64,000 nt of DNA from an uncultured Clostridia bacterium (lineage in GTDB: Bacteria; Bacillota; Clostridia; Christensenellales; UBA1242), in assembly GCA_944350265.1 (NCBI GenBank), contig CALVOG010000005.1:2891-66890 (forward strand). The letters run 5' to 3'. Under the pieces are notes generated by a model, which did not search any database, was not told the DNA's origin, and saw only the letters and a list, made by a program, of their open reading frames with translations. Shown in pieces: positions 47,833-57,162 of this stretch (position 1 is the first letter of the stretch; each line of letters opens with the position of its first letter). The position numbers were made by a program, and so were the translations under genes.

Positions 47833-47930
47833 TACCGTTAGGCGGGGTAGTTATTTGTCATTCTGAGCAAGGAGCAAGGCGACGCCAGCGAAGAATCTCG
47901 TCGTAGCCACTGCCCGCGTATGTCTAATTT
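47833..47930. repeat. inverted full-length family-A unit
   Basis: TACCGTTAGGCGGGGTAGTTATTTGTCATTCTGAGCAAGGAGCAAGGCGACGCCAGCGAAGAATCTCGTCGTAGCCACTGCCCGCGTATGTCTAAT is the reverse complement of the roughly 90-bp unit seen at 19461-19550. Confidence 0.85.
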
Positions 47931-48023
47931 TTTCCACTTATTAAAAATTGTTTTACTTAAACTGTAACACATCAAAAAGCAGTATCGCTGAGATTCTTTT
48001 TTTTGCTCTATGTAAGCAAAAGG

Positions 48024-48467
48024 TTACATCTCGGTGATAAGTTTAATAAAGTTTGTGACATCTTTAAATTGTCGGTAAACGGAGGCGAAACGCACATACG
48101 CAATTTCGTCCACTTTTTTGAGGCGCTCCATAATCATTTCGCCTATCTCTTGGCTGGAAACCTCTTGGCGAAGAGAGTTTTGGATGTTTTTTTCAATATC
48201 CTCAGCCATTTCGTCGATTTGTGCCATACTCACTGGGCGTTTTTCGCACGCTTTAATCATTCCGCATTTGATTTTTTCGATATTGAACGGTTGGCGAGAG
48301 CCATCTTTTTTCACCACCAAAATTGGCACGGTTTCAACTGTTTCATATGTAGTGAAGCGCTTTCCGCAGTTAAGGCATTCACGGCGCCTGCGAATTGAGT
48401 TTGATTCATCCGTCGAGCGACTGTCAAGCACCTTGCTTTCTTCACAACCACAATAAATACATTTCAT
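48024..48467 (-). CDS. nrdR: transcriptional repressor NrdR
   Basis: It starts [42 protein letters not shown], a zinc ribbon, and is followed by an ATP-cone domain. Confidence 0.95.
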   Translation of the reverse strand: MKCIYCGCEESKVLDSRSTDESNSIRRRRECLNCGKRFTTYETVETVPILVVKKDGSRQPFNIEKIKCGMIKACEKRPVSMAQIDEMAEDIEKNIQNSLRQEVSSQEIGEMIMERLKKVDEIAYVRFASVYRQFKDVTNFIKLITEM

Positions 48468-48491
48468 ATTCTTCTCCTTTTGTTAATGATA

Positions 48492-48538
48492 ACACAAAAT
48501 ATGGTATGAATGCAACTTAATAACACCATATTTTTTGA
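48492..48538 (-). promoter_or_regulatory. candidate NrdR boxes over the nrdR promoter (autoregulation)
   Basis: ACACAAAATATGGTAT (48492-48507) and ACACCATATTTTTTGA (48523-48538) start 31 bp apart. They match the consensus at about 13/16 and 12/16 positions. On the minus strand, TTGCAT-17-TTATCA overlaps them. Confidence 0.45.
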
Positions 48539-48768
48539 TTTCCGCTTATTTTTAGATTATCTAAGGCGAAGGCAAGCGTTCGCGCGAAATTATGTAAGCG
48601 GTGTCGTAATATGTGAAAAATTATTTTTTAATGTTGCAAAGCGTTGGTTGAAATTATTTAATTTGTTTTAATGCTAAGATTTTATTATTGTTGCCAAGCG
48701 ATTGCCTCCGCGGAGTTATTTAACTCACAAGAAAACATAAAACAGGGCGCATTTGCATAGGATTTTAT

Positions 48769-48990
48769 ATGATTTCACTTATAAATGGTGTGGTGGGGCG
48801 AAAATATAAAATCCTGTCGGTGGGTGGCGAAGAGAAAGTGGCTAGGCGCTTTCTCGAACTTGGAATAATCGCGGGACAAGTTGTCACAATTTTAAATATC
48901 TCTCCACTTAAAAAGGTGTTTTTGGTGGAAATTCGCGGGTATGTGCTTAGCGTGCGAAGTGCACTACTTGTGGATGTGGCGGTGCAATGA
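48769..48990 (+). CDS. feoA: ferrous iron transport protein FeoA
   Basis: It is a 73-aa SH3-like FeoA pattern (KYKILSVGGEEKVARRFLELGIIAGQVVTI). Its stop overlaps the feoB start. Confidence 0.85.
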   Translation: MISLINGVVGRKYKILSVGGEEKVARRFLELGIIAGQVVTILNISPLKKVFLVEIRGYVLSVRSALLVDVAVQ

Positions 48991-51074
48991 CGGAAGAAAT
49001 ACTTTTGGTTGGCAATCCCAACGCTGGCAAAACCACCTTTTTCAATTCGCTTGTGCGCGCGAATGAGCACGTTGGAAATTGGCACGGAGTGACGGTTGAG
49101 GAAAAGAAAAAAGAGTTCTCGCTCGGCGGGAAAAAATATATGCTTGTTGACACGCCAGGGATATATTCTCTCACGCCTCTCTCATTTGAGGAGGAGGTTT
49201 CCACAAAGTTGATTCTTGGGTCAAACTCAAAAATAATTAACATTTGCGACCTCAACAATCTTCAGCGAAATCTATACCTCACACTGTGTCTAATTGAGGC
49301 GGGCAAGGAGATTTGCGTTGTTTTAAACGAAATTGATAGGCGCACCAAATTTAAAGTTTCACAAAAAAAATTGGAAGAGATTTTGGGTGTGAAAGTGATA
49401 GAAGTTAATGCTGAAAAAAATATAACCGAAATCAAAAAACTTCAATTTTTTAATAAAAAAACGCCAAAATACTTAAAAAAAGTTGATTTTTCTTGCATTT
49501 CGCACTATTTTTCTGAAAATAACAATAAAACGCTCTGCCTCATTAAGGCATTTGAGAGAGATAGGAATTTCCTTTTAGGTGAGGGTTTTAAGGAAAGCGA
49601 GATTGATGAAATCTTCAAAAATCTTCCCTCCTCTTCAATGGAAACTTTGGCAAAGGCGCGCTATCAATTTTTGGACGAGGTGATAAGTGAGTGCTGTCAA
49701 AGTGCTGATTTTGTTTATGGAAAAAGCAAGTTTGACAAAATTTTATTGAATAAATTTTTGGCGTTCCCGTGCTTTTTTCTCATCCTTGGTGCAATTTTCT
49801 ATCTCACTTTTTTCTCGCTTGGCGCCTTTATGTCTAGCGCACTTTCCTCGCTTTTGGGGCTTATAACTGAGCCGATTTCTCAATTCTTAATCTCAAAATT
49901 AGGTGATGGTTTTTGGTGTTCGCTATTTAACGACGCGCTCTTTGGCGGGCTAAACACCGTGCTTTCTTTTTTGCCACAAGTGGTCCTTTTATTCTTCTTT
50001 TTGAGCCTTTTGGAGGACAGTGGCTATCTAAGTCGCGTGGCGTTCATCTTTGAGGATATCTTAGGTAAAGTTGGCTTGTCAGGCAAAAGTGTCTACACTC
50101 TTCTTATGGGTTTCGGCTGTTCGACCACCGCCATTATGACCGCGCGCAATATGGACAACAAAAACAGCAAGATAAAGACCGCGCTTGTTTGCCCATATAT
50201 GAGTTGTTCGGCAAAAATTCCCATCTATGCAGTGGTGGGCGGGGCATTTTTTGGCGCGTCCAACATTTTTGTCATTCTCGGACTATACCTTCTTGGCGTT
50301 ATTGTGGCAATCACCGTTTCAAAAATCTTTGATATGACGTTTCTAAAGAGCGATAACACCACTTTCATTTTGGAATTTCCGCCTTATCGTCATATGTCAC
50401 TGAGGCGAACAATGAAAGTGCTTCTTGCAAATTCAAAGCAATTCCTAGTAAAAATTGGCTCGGTGATGATTGCGATGAATGTTATTGTGTTTTTGCTGTC
50501 GTCGTTCAGTTTTTCGTTTAGGTATTGCGCGAACGGCGAGGGGAGCATTTTGCAATCGCTGGGCAAGTTCTTGGCGCCTTGCTTCGCTCCGCTTGGCTTT
50601 GATAATTGGGCGGTGGTGTCGGCACTTCTTGCGGGGCTTATTGCAAAGGAGGTTGTGGTGTCGTCGATTGCTATGTTTAACGGCATCGACGCAGGCTCGA
50701 CGCAACTAATAAAAGAATCCATCCTTCTTCCAACAAGTGTGGTATATTTCGCATCATATGCCTCGGTTTTGTCCTTTTTGGTGTTTTCGCTCTTATATGT
50801 TCCGTGCCTTGCCTCGATTTCAACCCTCCTTGACGAAGTTGGTAAAAAGTGGACGCTAATTGGTGTTATTGTAGAACTTTTCACCGCGTATGTTGTCAGT
50901 TTCATTGTCTTTAACATCGCATTTGCCATTGAAATTTATGGTTGGGCTTTTGTTCTAATTTTGCTTGCTTTCGTCTTTATTTTGCTTTCACTAATTTTCA
51001 TTTATAGATTTATAAAAAGAAAAAAATGCCCATTTAATTGCAAAAACTGTCAAAAAAAGTGCCTTAAAAAGTAG
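48987..51074 (+). CDS. feoB: ferrous iron transporter FeoB
   Basis: It has an N-terminal G domain (GNPNAGKTTFFN, DTPG). A polytopic permease domain follows. The product is 695 aa. Confidence 0.93.
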   Translation: MTEEILLVGNPNAGKTTFFNSLVRANEHVGNWHGVTVEEKKKEFSLGGKKYMLVDTPGIYSLTPLSFEEEVSTKLILGSNSKIINICDLNNLQRNLYLTLCLIEAGKEICVVLNEIDRRTKFKVSQKKLEEILGVKVIEVNAEKNITEIKKLQFFNKKTPKYLKKVDFSCISHYFSENNNKTLCLIKAFERDRNFLLGEGFKESEIDEIFKNLPSSSMETLAKARYQFLDEVISECCQSADFVYGKSKFDKILLNKFLAFPCFFLILGAIFYLTFFSLGAFMSSALSSLLGLITEPISQFLISKLGDGFWCSLFNDALFGGLNTVLSFLPQVVLLFFFLSLLEDSGYLSRVAFIFEDILGKVGLSGKSVYTLLMGFGCSTTAIMTARNMDNKNSKIKTALVCPYMSCSAKIPIYAVVGGAFFGASNIFVILGLYLLGVIVAITVSKIFDMTFLKSDNTTFILEFPPYRHMSLRRTMKVLLANSKQFLVKIGSVMIAMNVIVFLLSSFSFSFRYCANGEGSILQSLGKFLAPCFAPLGFDNWAVVSALLAGLIAKEVVVSSIAMFNGIDAGSTQLIKESILLPTSVVYFASYASVLSFLVFSLLYVPCLASISTLLDEVGKKWTLIGVIVELFTAYVVSFIVFNIAFAIEIYGWAFVLILLAFVFILLSLIFIYRFIKRKKCPFNCKNCQKKCLKK

Positions 51075-51096
51075 TTTTTTCTTTAAGAGAGGAGTA

Positions 51097-51125
51097 TTGA
51101 CATTTTGTTAAATCTATTGTATACT
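51097..51125 (+). promoter_or_regulatory. sigma-A promoter
   Basis: TTGACA, a 17-nt spacer and TATACT are followed by TAAGGAG and the ATG at 51150. Confidence 0.55.
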
Positions 51126-51149
51126 ACACGCATATAAGGAGTGTGCGTT

Positions 51150-51632
51150 ATGCTTAAAAATAGAAACAAAATATTTAGGATTGCCTTGATTTCTGGTACT
51201 ATTTTATCTATTGGGGCTTGGGTAACAGCGGTTTCAATTGAAGCAATAAGCAGTGGGAAAAGAGAAAACATTGAAAAAGGTTATGACGATAATGATAAGT
51301 TTATTGAGGCTTGCTTAAATGATAACTATTTGAGACGTTTATATGTAGAAAAGGTTTACCCTGCGGAGTTACAATATGAAAATGGAGAGATATCTAAAAA
51401 AGATTTAGAAAACATTGAAAGCGAGTATGTTGAAGAAGTAAAAATAAATTACAATCTTGAAGAGTATATCGACTTATCTGGGCAAAGAGAACCTTATGAA
51501 AAGGCGAAGGACCTTGAGGAAACGTCTGGAGCTATTATATGTTTTTACACACCAATCTTATTTTCTGTTGAAGGTCTTGCGTTATTTTCTTATTATGTGA
51601 GTGCAGATAAAAGAGAAGAACGTGAATTATAA
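51150..51632 (+). CDS. hypothetical membrane protein
   Basis: TAAGGAG lies upstream of the ATG at 51150. The product has N- and C-terminal hydrophobic helices. Codon usage is visibly AT-rich compared with its neighbours. Confidence 0.5.
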   Translation: MLKNRNKIFRIALISGTILSIGAWVTAVSIEAISSGKRENIEKGYDDNDKFIEACLNDNYLRRLYVEKVYPAELQYENGEISKKDLENIESEYVEEVKINYNLEEYIDLSGQREPYEKAKDLEETSGAIICFYTPILFSVEGLALFSYYVSADKREEREL

Positions 51633-51777
51633 AACCTGACCGACCAAGAAATTACAATTTAAAAGAGTGAATTGTAACTGCACTAAACCTCTCTGAAACT
51701 AAAAAGCAAAATTTATTTAGTAAAACGCTTTACAATTTACTAGGTTTTTTTTATTTTAATTGTATATGGAGATAAAT

Positions 51778-52218
51778 ATGAAAGAAAAATTACCAAAAAT
51801 TTATTTAGTTTTAAAAATATTAGGAATAATTTTGTTTCTTGCAGGACTTGCTCTTTTAATCACCTCTTTTTGTGTAGATGATTCTTTTAGCGAAATGGAA
51901 AAAAGTGTAGGCTTTATGTTTGGTGGGATGGTCGGTCTTATGATTGGCATCATTATGATGAGTATTGGTTTTACGCCTAATATGCAAAAACTTATGATAA
52001 AGACGCAGAAACATATAATTAATGAAAATAGGGAAGATTTGAAAGACATTGCTAATACGCAGGCTGATGTTTCAAAAGGTGCAGTAAAAACCGTGGCTGG
52101 TGCCGTTAAAGAAGGAATGACCGAAGAGGTTGTGGAAGAAAAGATGTTTTGTAAGTACTGCGGAAAAGAAATTGATAAAGACTCTAAATTTTGTTCCTAT
52201 TGCGGAAAAGAGCAGTAA
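51778..52218 (+). CDS. membrane protein with a C-terminal zinc-ribbon
   Basis: GGAG lies 6 nt before the ATG at 51778. The product has two hydrophobic helices and ends FCKYCGKEIDKDSKFCSYCGKEQ. Confidence 0.55.
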   Translation: MKEKLPKIYLVLKILGIILFLAGLALLITSFCVDDSFSEMEKSVGFMFGGMVGLMIGIIMMSIGFTPNMQKLMIKTQKHIINENREDLKDIANTQADVSKGAVKTVAGAVKEGMTEEVVEEKMFCKYCGKEIDKDSKFCSYCGKEQ

Positions 52219-52443
52219 AATTTGGTTATGCTTGTTAATTGTAGTTTAAATGGTCTATGTTTATTCTTAGACAAATCTATTATAAAAATGTTTATTATTA
52301 AATGCCTAAGTATTCGTTACTTAGGTGTTTTATTTAAAACTTTTTAACTGATTATTTCAACATAATTTAATTTAAAAAATTTTAAGTGATTTTATTTTGC
52401 TAATTTATTTTACTTATTTTTCCTAGTGTGATATATTTTATAT

Positions 52444-53751
52444 ATGAGTAAACCTATTGTTGCCATTGTTGGGCGCGCAAATGTTGGAAAATCCACACTT
52501 TTCAACAAACTTTGCGGAAAAAGGATTTCGATTGTTGACGATGTTGCGGGGGTAACGCGCGACAGAATTTATGCCGACGCTGAATGGTGTGGTAAGGAAT
52601 TTAGTTTGGTTGATACGGGCGGGCTGGAAGAGAAAAGCGACGATGCTTTTCAGCCAGAAATTAAAGAGCAGGTCAATCTTGCACTTGACACTGCCGATGT
52701 TATCATTTTTTTGGTGGATGGCAAGGTTGGCGTCACAAACGGCGATATGGCGGTGGCGCGATTGATAAGAAAAACCAAAACGCCAGTGGTGCTTGTTGCG
52801 AATAAACTTGACAATTTTGACCTATCGAACCTCTATGATTTCTACTCGCTCGGGCTTGGCGAGCCAATGCCTATCTCTTGCACGCAAGGGCGAGGAATTG
52901 GTGATGTTTTAGACAAGGTTACTTCATATTTTCCAAACGACCAAAGCAAAGAGGAATTGGGTGGCATAAAGATAGCGCTTGTGGGGCGTCCAAACGTTGG
53001 CAAAAGTTCGATAATCAATCGCCTTCTTGGCAAGAAACGCGTGGTTGTGAGTGAGGTTGAGGGAACGACGCGAGATGCGGTCACAATCCCATTTAAGTGT
53101 AATAAAAAAGACTACTTTTTGGTCGATACCGCGGGGCTTAGGCGTCAGCGTTCGGTTGAAAAGGAAAGCGTTGAGGGGTATTCCGTGCTTCGCAGTATGA
53201 TGGCAATTGACGACGCGGACGTTGTTTTGATTGTGCTTGATGCGTCCAAGGAGATTACTGAGCAGGATGTTAGAATTGCAGGCTATGTGCATGAGGCGGG
53301 CAAGCCAAGCGTGGTGGCTGTCAATAAGTGGGACCTTAAAACTATGGATAAAAATAAGTATGGCGAAATTTTGAAAGACAAACTCTCGTTTATGTCATAC
53401 TTTGTTCCTATCTACGTTTCGGCGCTTCTTGGCAAGGGTCTCTCAGAAATTATGGAAAAGGTGGATTATGTCTACGAGAACGCCTCGCGCCGAATCACAA
53501 CGGGAGTTTTAAATGATATTTTGCAAGACGCCATCCTCAATTTCGAGCCTCCTGCAAAGAATGGGCAGAGGGCGAAAATTTTGTATGCGACCGAGCCTTC
53601 CACCAATCCGCCTAAGTTTGTTTTCTTTTGCAAGGAGCCAAAACTTATCAACTTTTCGTATGAGAGATATTTGGAAAATAGGCTCCGCGAGAAGGTTGAC
53701 TTTTCTGGCACGCCTATCACGCTAACTTTTAAAGGGAAGGAGGAAGATTAG
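52444..53751 (+). CDS. der: ribosome biogenesis GTPase Der (EngA)
   Basis: It has tandem G domains (GRANVGKSTLFN, DTGG, NKLD; GRPNVGKSSIIN, DTAG, NKWD) and a KH-like C-terminus. Confidence 0.95.
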   Translation: MSKPIVAIVGRANVGKSTLFNKLCGKRISIVDDVAGVTRDRIYADAEWCGKEFSLVDTGGLEEKSDDAFQPEIKEQVNLALDTADVIIFLVDGKVGVTNGDMAVARLIRKTKTPVVLVANKLDNFDLSNLYDFYSLGLGEPMPISCTQGRGIGDVLDKVTSYFPNDQSKEELGGIKIALVGRPNVGKSSIINRLLGKKRVVVSEVEGTTRDAVTIPFKCNKKDYFLVDTAGLRRQRSVEKESVEGYSVLRSMMAIDDADVVLIVLDASKEITEQDVRIAGYVHEAGKPSVVAVNKWDLKTMDKNKYGEILKDKLSFMSYFVPIYVSALLGKGLSEIMEKVDYVYENASRRITTGVLNDILQDAILNFEPPAKNGQRAKILYATEPSTNPPKFVFFCKEPKLINFSYERYLENRLREKVDFSGTPITLTFKGKEED

Positions 53752-54498
53752 ATGGCTTGGTGGATTTATCCGATAATCGTGGTGATTTCGTATCTTGTGG
53801 GCAGTGTAAGTTTTGCAAGAATTTTCTCTTGGGCTTTTGCCAAAAAAGATATCACAAAGGTTGGGAGTCACAATCCTGGCACGATGAATATGCTTCGCAC
53901 GCGCGGTTTCGGCGAGGCAATTTTGACGCTTGTTATGGACGCAATTAAGTGCGGTTTGCCAGCGCTTGTGTCTTACTTTATTGTGGAACATTTCTATGAC
54001 GGCTATGGCGATTTAGCGTATTTTGTTGCCGGAATTTCCGCCATTGTGGGGCACTGCTTTCCAATTTATTATAAATTCAAGGGCGGAAAGGGCGTGGCAA
54101 GCACATTCGGGCTTTTCACTTTCAATCCTCATTTTTACTGGATGAGCCTTGTGGCGTTCGTTGTTTGCTTCTTGCTTATGCTGTTTGTCATCAAATACGG
54201 CTCGGTGATTTCGTTTATCTACATCCTCTCAATGGCAATCACATCAACCACGCTTTTTTCGGTGTGGAATATTGTGCACCTTGTGCCTGTTTTGGTGCTT
54301 ATATGGTGCATTGTGGCACTTGTTTTCGCGCTTCATCATAAGAACATCGCACGCCTAGTGGTGGGCAAGGAAAATAAAATCGACCTTATGAGTAAAATTC
54401 GCAGGAAAAAGACGGAGGTTTCCGCCGAAGAGGGTGAAGAAAAGGGCGAGGAAATTATTGTTGAGGAAAGTGCGGAAAGCGAGAACGAGAAAAAGTAG
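53752..54498 (+). CDS. plsY: glycerol-3-phosphate acyltransferase PlsY with an acidic C-terminal extension
   Basis: Motifs GSHNPGTMN and FKGGKGVA are present and the protein is polytopic. The ATG immediately follows the der TAG. Confidence 0.9.
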   Translation: MAWWIYPIIVVISYLVGSVSFARIFSWAFAKKDITKVGSHNPGTMNMLRTRGFGEAILTLVMDAIKCGLPALVSYFIVEHFYDGYGDLAYFVAGISAIVGHCFPIYYKFKGGKGVASTFGLFTFNPHFYWMSLVAFVVCFLLMLFVIKYGSVISFIYILSMAITSTTLFSVWNIVHLVPVLVLIWCIVALVFALHHKNIARLVVGKENKIDLMSKIRRKKTEVSAEEGEEKGEEIIVEESAESENEKK

Positions 54499-54589
54499 AA
54501 TTTAATTGCGCTGGGAAGAGTTTTGTGCTTTTAGATAAAAAATATTGTGAAAAATATGAATTTTTTGGATGGAAAGTTGAGGCTCCATT

Positions 54590-54979
54590 ATGACAAAGGA
54601 AGAATTTGTTAGGTTTGTCAGCGAAAATTATGGCGTGTCGGCGGATAATCCGTTTAGTGATATCGACGCGCTCGTCTTTCGCCATACCGAAAACAGAAAG
54701 TGGTTCGCTATCATTATGCGTGCTGAAAGGGGCAAGATTGCCAAGGACGGCGGGGAAAGGTTGGTTGATATCTTGGATGTGAAAACCGACCCTCTTATTC
54801 GCGCGGACCTGCTGAACAAAAAGGGCGTTTACACGGCTTATCATATGAATAAGGTCCATTGGCTGACCGTGGTTTTGGAGGAGGTTGCAAAAGACGACCT
54901 CGAGTTTTTGCTTGATTTAAGTTTCAGCCTCACCAAAGCCCGCCCGCGTAAAGCCAAGCGTTCTAACGTTCCAAATTGA
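54590..54979 (+). CDS. MmcQ/YjbR family DNA-binding protein
   Basis: The pattern YGVSADNPFSD..ALVFRHTENRKWFAIIM...VYTAYHMNKVHWLTVVL is typical of YjbR-family proteins. Confidence 0.7.
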   Translation: MTKEEFVRFVSENYGVSADNPFSDIDALVFRHTENRKWFAIIMRAERGKIAKDGGERLVDILDVKTDPLIRADLLNKKGVYTAYHMNKVHWLTVVLEEVAKDDLEFLLDLSFSLTKARPRKAKRSNVPN

Positions 54980-54999
54980 CACTTAACACGCAATATCTC

Positions 55000-55535
55000 T
55001 TCTACCGCAAGGACTGTTGGCTTGTTGTCATTCCAAAGGTAACGCCTTTATAATGTAATGCTTTAACACGTTACACCATATATTCCGTTAGGACTATTGG
55101 CTCATTTGTCATTCTGAGCGTCAGCGAAGAATCTCGTCGAAGAACAGCTTTCAAAAACAAGAGCGACACAGCGTGGTTATAACCTAACCCTTACCGCAAG
55201 GCGATACCGTTAAATGTCATTCTTCGGCTTCGCCTCAGAATGACAAATAACTGCCTTGCCTAACGGTAGAAGCTATACTTTGCGCTAGGCGTTTTTTATG
55301 TGGTATGATTGATATATTGATGGAAAGAGGATGTATTCGCGCGGTGAGAGGAGGGCGTGTAGTGAAAAGAGGATAGATTAGACATTCGCGGTCGGGTGCT
55401 ACGACGAGATTCTTCGGCGTTGCCTCAGAATGACAGATAAGCCGATAGTCCTAATGGTATAAATTGTAGTGTGTGTTAGGCAATAAATACTTGGAATGAC
55501 AAATAACTGCCTTGCCTAATGGTAGAAGTTATCTT
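55000..55535. repeat. cluster of family-A interspersed repeats in both orientations
   Basis: One copy is CCGTTAGGACTATTGGCTCATTTGTCATTCTGAGCGTCAGCGAAGAATCTCGTCG at about 55085-55140. A full unit GGATAGATTAGACATTCGCGGTCGGGTGCTACGACGAGATTCTTCGGCGTTGCCTCAGAATGACAGATAAGCCGATAGTCCTAATGG lies at about 55371-55457. Several partial ...GAATGACAAATAACTGCCTTGCCTAA(C/T)GGTAG copies are also present. Confidence 0.85.
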
Positions 55536-55608
55536 GCGCGTTGAACGTAATATAAAAGCAAAATAGGCTAACACGTGAAATTGCTAGCTCTTACTTTTTT
55601 CATTAATA

Positions 55609-55689
55609 TGGCTTAATGCTTAAATGGCTTAATGCTTAAAGGGCTTAATGCTTAAAGGGTTTAATGCTTAATGGCTTAATGCTTAAATG
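55609..55689. repeat. tandem array of a 15-16-bp unit (GGCTTAATGCTTAAA), five copies
   Basis: Core G(C/T)TTAATGCTTAA starts at 55611, 55627, 55643, 55659 and 55674. The array ends just upstream of the -35 box at 55693. Confidence 0.9.
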
Positions 55690-55692
55690 CTA

Positions 55693-55721
55693 TTTACAAA
55701 CTTTTTAAAATGTGCTAGAAT
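55693..55721 (+). promoter_or_regulatory. sigma-A-type promoter
   Basis: TTTACA, a 17-nt spacer and TAGAAT lie 18 nt upstream of the ATG at 55739. Confidence 0.45.
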
Positions 55722-55738
55722 GAGAGAAAGGGGTGAGT

Positions 55739-56776
55739 ATGGAAAATCTCGTTTATGCGCTTATCGCTGTTATGGTTGTGGACGCTGGGCTACTCGTCTT
55801 TTTCGTTGTCCGAACAATTTTAAAGAGCAAGGCGGAAAAAGAGAAGGATAGGGTGCATAAAAACAAGAATGGCACCCATTTTGAGACCGCCAAAAATTCA
55901 GCTGGCGAAGCGTTAAAAGAAGAGGGGAGTTCGGATTTTGACAAAAATTCAGCAAACGAAACAGCAAAATCGGCGCAAAAAACGCCAAAATTAGCGGATA
56001 AATTCTCAAAAAAAGAAGAAAAAACTGAGAAAGTGGAGAAAACTAAAAAGGCAAAGCAAAAACTGACAAAGCGCAGTTCTTTCGGCAAAATTAAGGTTAA
56101 TGAGGAGGCGCTTAAAAAGATTTTGGCGGGTTATGACGAAAAGGAAAACGCGAAGAAAGCGGACGTCGCAGAAGATGGTGCGAGCGAGAAGGATGAGACC
56201 GCTCAAAATTTGCAACCTTCCACGGAAGAAAATTTGGACGCCGTTTTTGAAGATTTCAAGGTGGAAGAGCCAGCAACAAAAGAAAAGTTTTCTTCACCAT
56301 TTAGGCGCGCAAGTGGGCATCGAGCATTCGCACCTAAGCCACCAAAGGAGGAGGATGACTATGACGATTTTGGCGACGATGACGACTTTGAGGACGATAT
56401 CGAAAAGGCATACCAAGACTTTTTGACGCGCAAGAAACAAGAGTATCTCAAAAAATACGAATCCAATTTTGACGACGAAATAAATGACAACATTGGTGAA
56501 ATAAGTGACGAAGCTGACGACGAATTGGACTTTGACGAAGATGAGCCTTCAAATTCACCTCTTGAAAAACAACCGAAATTTAACGAATTGCAAGATAATA
56601 AAAAGTTGCCAAAAGGTGCTTCTCAAGCCTACACCATTGAGGATTTTAAAGACGATTACTTTAACAAAAAAGAGGACATTTCGCTTATTTTAAGCAAACT
56701 TTCCGAGGTGGATAAGAACAAAATTCTCTCCATCCTCCTCTCAAAAGAAAGCATTGATGAAAGCGATTTTGATTAA
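55739..56776 (+). CDS. membrane-anchored, highly charged (Lys/Glu/Asp-rich) protein of unknown function
   Basis: An N-terminal helix LVYALIAVMVVDAGLLVFFVV is followed by low-complexity KEKE and acidic DDYDDFGDDDDFEDD segments. The ATG at 55739 is preferred over the GTG at 55733. Confidence 0.55.
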   Translation: MENLVYALIAVMVVDAGLLVFFVVRTILKSKAEKEKDRVHKNKNGTHFETAKNSAGEALKEEGSSDFDKNSANETAKSAQKTPKLADKFSKKEEKTEKVEKTKKAKQKLTKRSSFGKIKVNEEALKKILAGYDEKENAKKADVAEDGASEKDETAQNLQPSTEENLDAVFEDFKVEEPATKEKFSSPFRRASGHRAFAPKPPKEEDDYDDFGDDDDFEDDIEKAYQDFLTRKKQEYLKKYESNFDDEINDNIGEISDEADDELDFDEDEPSNSPLEKQPKFNELQDNKKLPKGASQAYTIEDFKDDYFNKKEDISLILSKLSEVDKNKILSILLSKESIDESDFD

Positions 56777-57104
56777 TTTCTTTGAAAATATCATTACGCA
56801 AAGGAGATTTCTCGGCGATTCGAAGTATGTTTTTGTTATATTTAAAAGTTATTTGACTAAATAAAAAGTCGAATTTAATAAGTTTAAACATATTCAATCG
56901 ATTTTAATAATCTCATTCAATAAGTTTAAAATAACATTTATTAGATTTAAGCAATTTTTGGTGATTTGGCTGGCAATTAATGGTTAAAAATGGATTTTAA
57001 CTAATTTAGAGAGAATTTTTAGTATTTTTAAAGTGAATATCTTAAAAGAAAGAACTTGCTTCGACAAGTTTCTTTAAAAAATTATTATTTTCTATAAAAA
57101 TTGT

Positions 57105-57134
57105 TTGACACATCCTTTCTTTTATTGTTACTAT
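57105..57134 (+). promoter_or_regulatory. sigma-A promoter for the lipoprotein gene
   Basis: TTGACA, an 18-nt spacer and TACTAT are followed by AAGGAGG and the ATG at 57163. Confidence 0.5.
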
Positions 57135-57162
57135 ATAAATAGGTTAAATAAAAGGAGGATTT

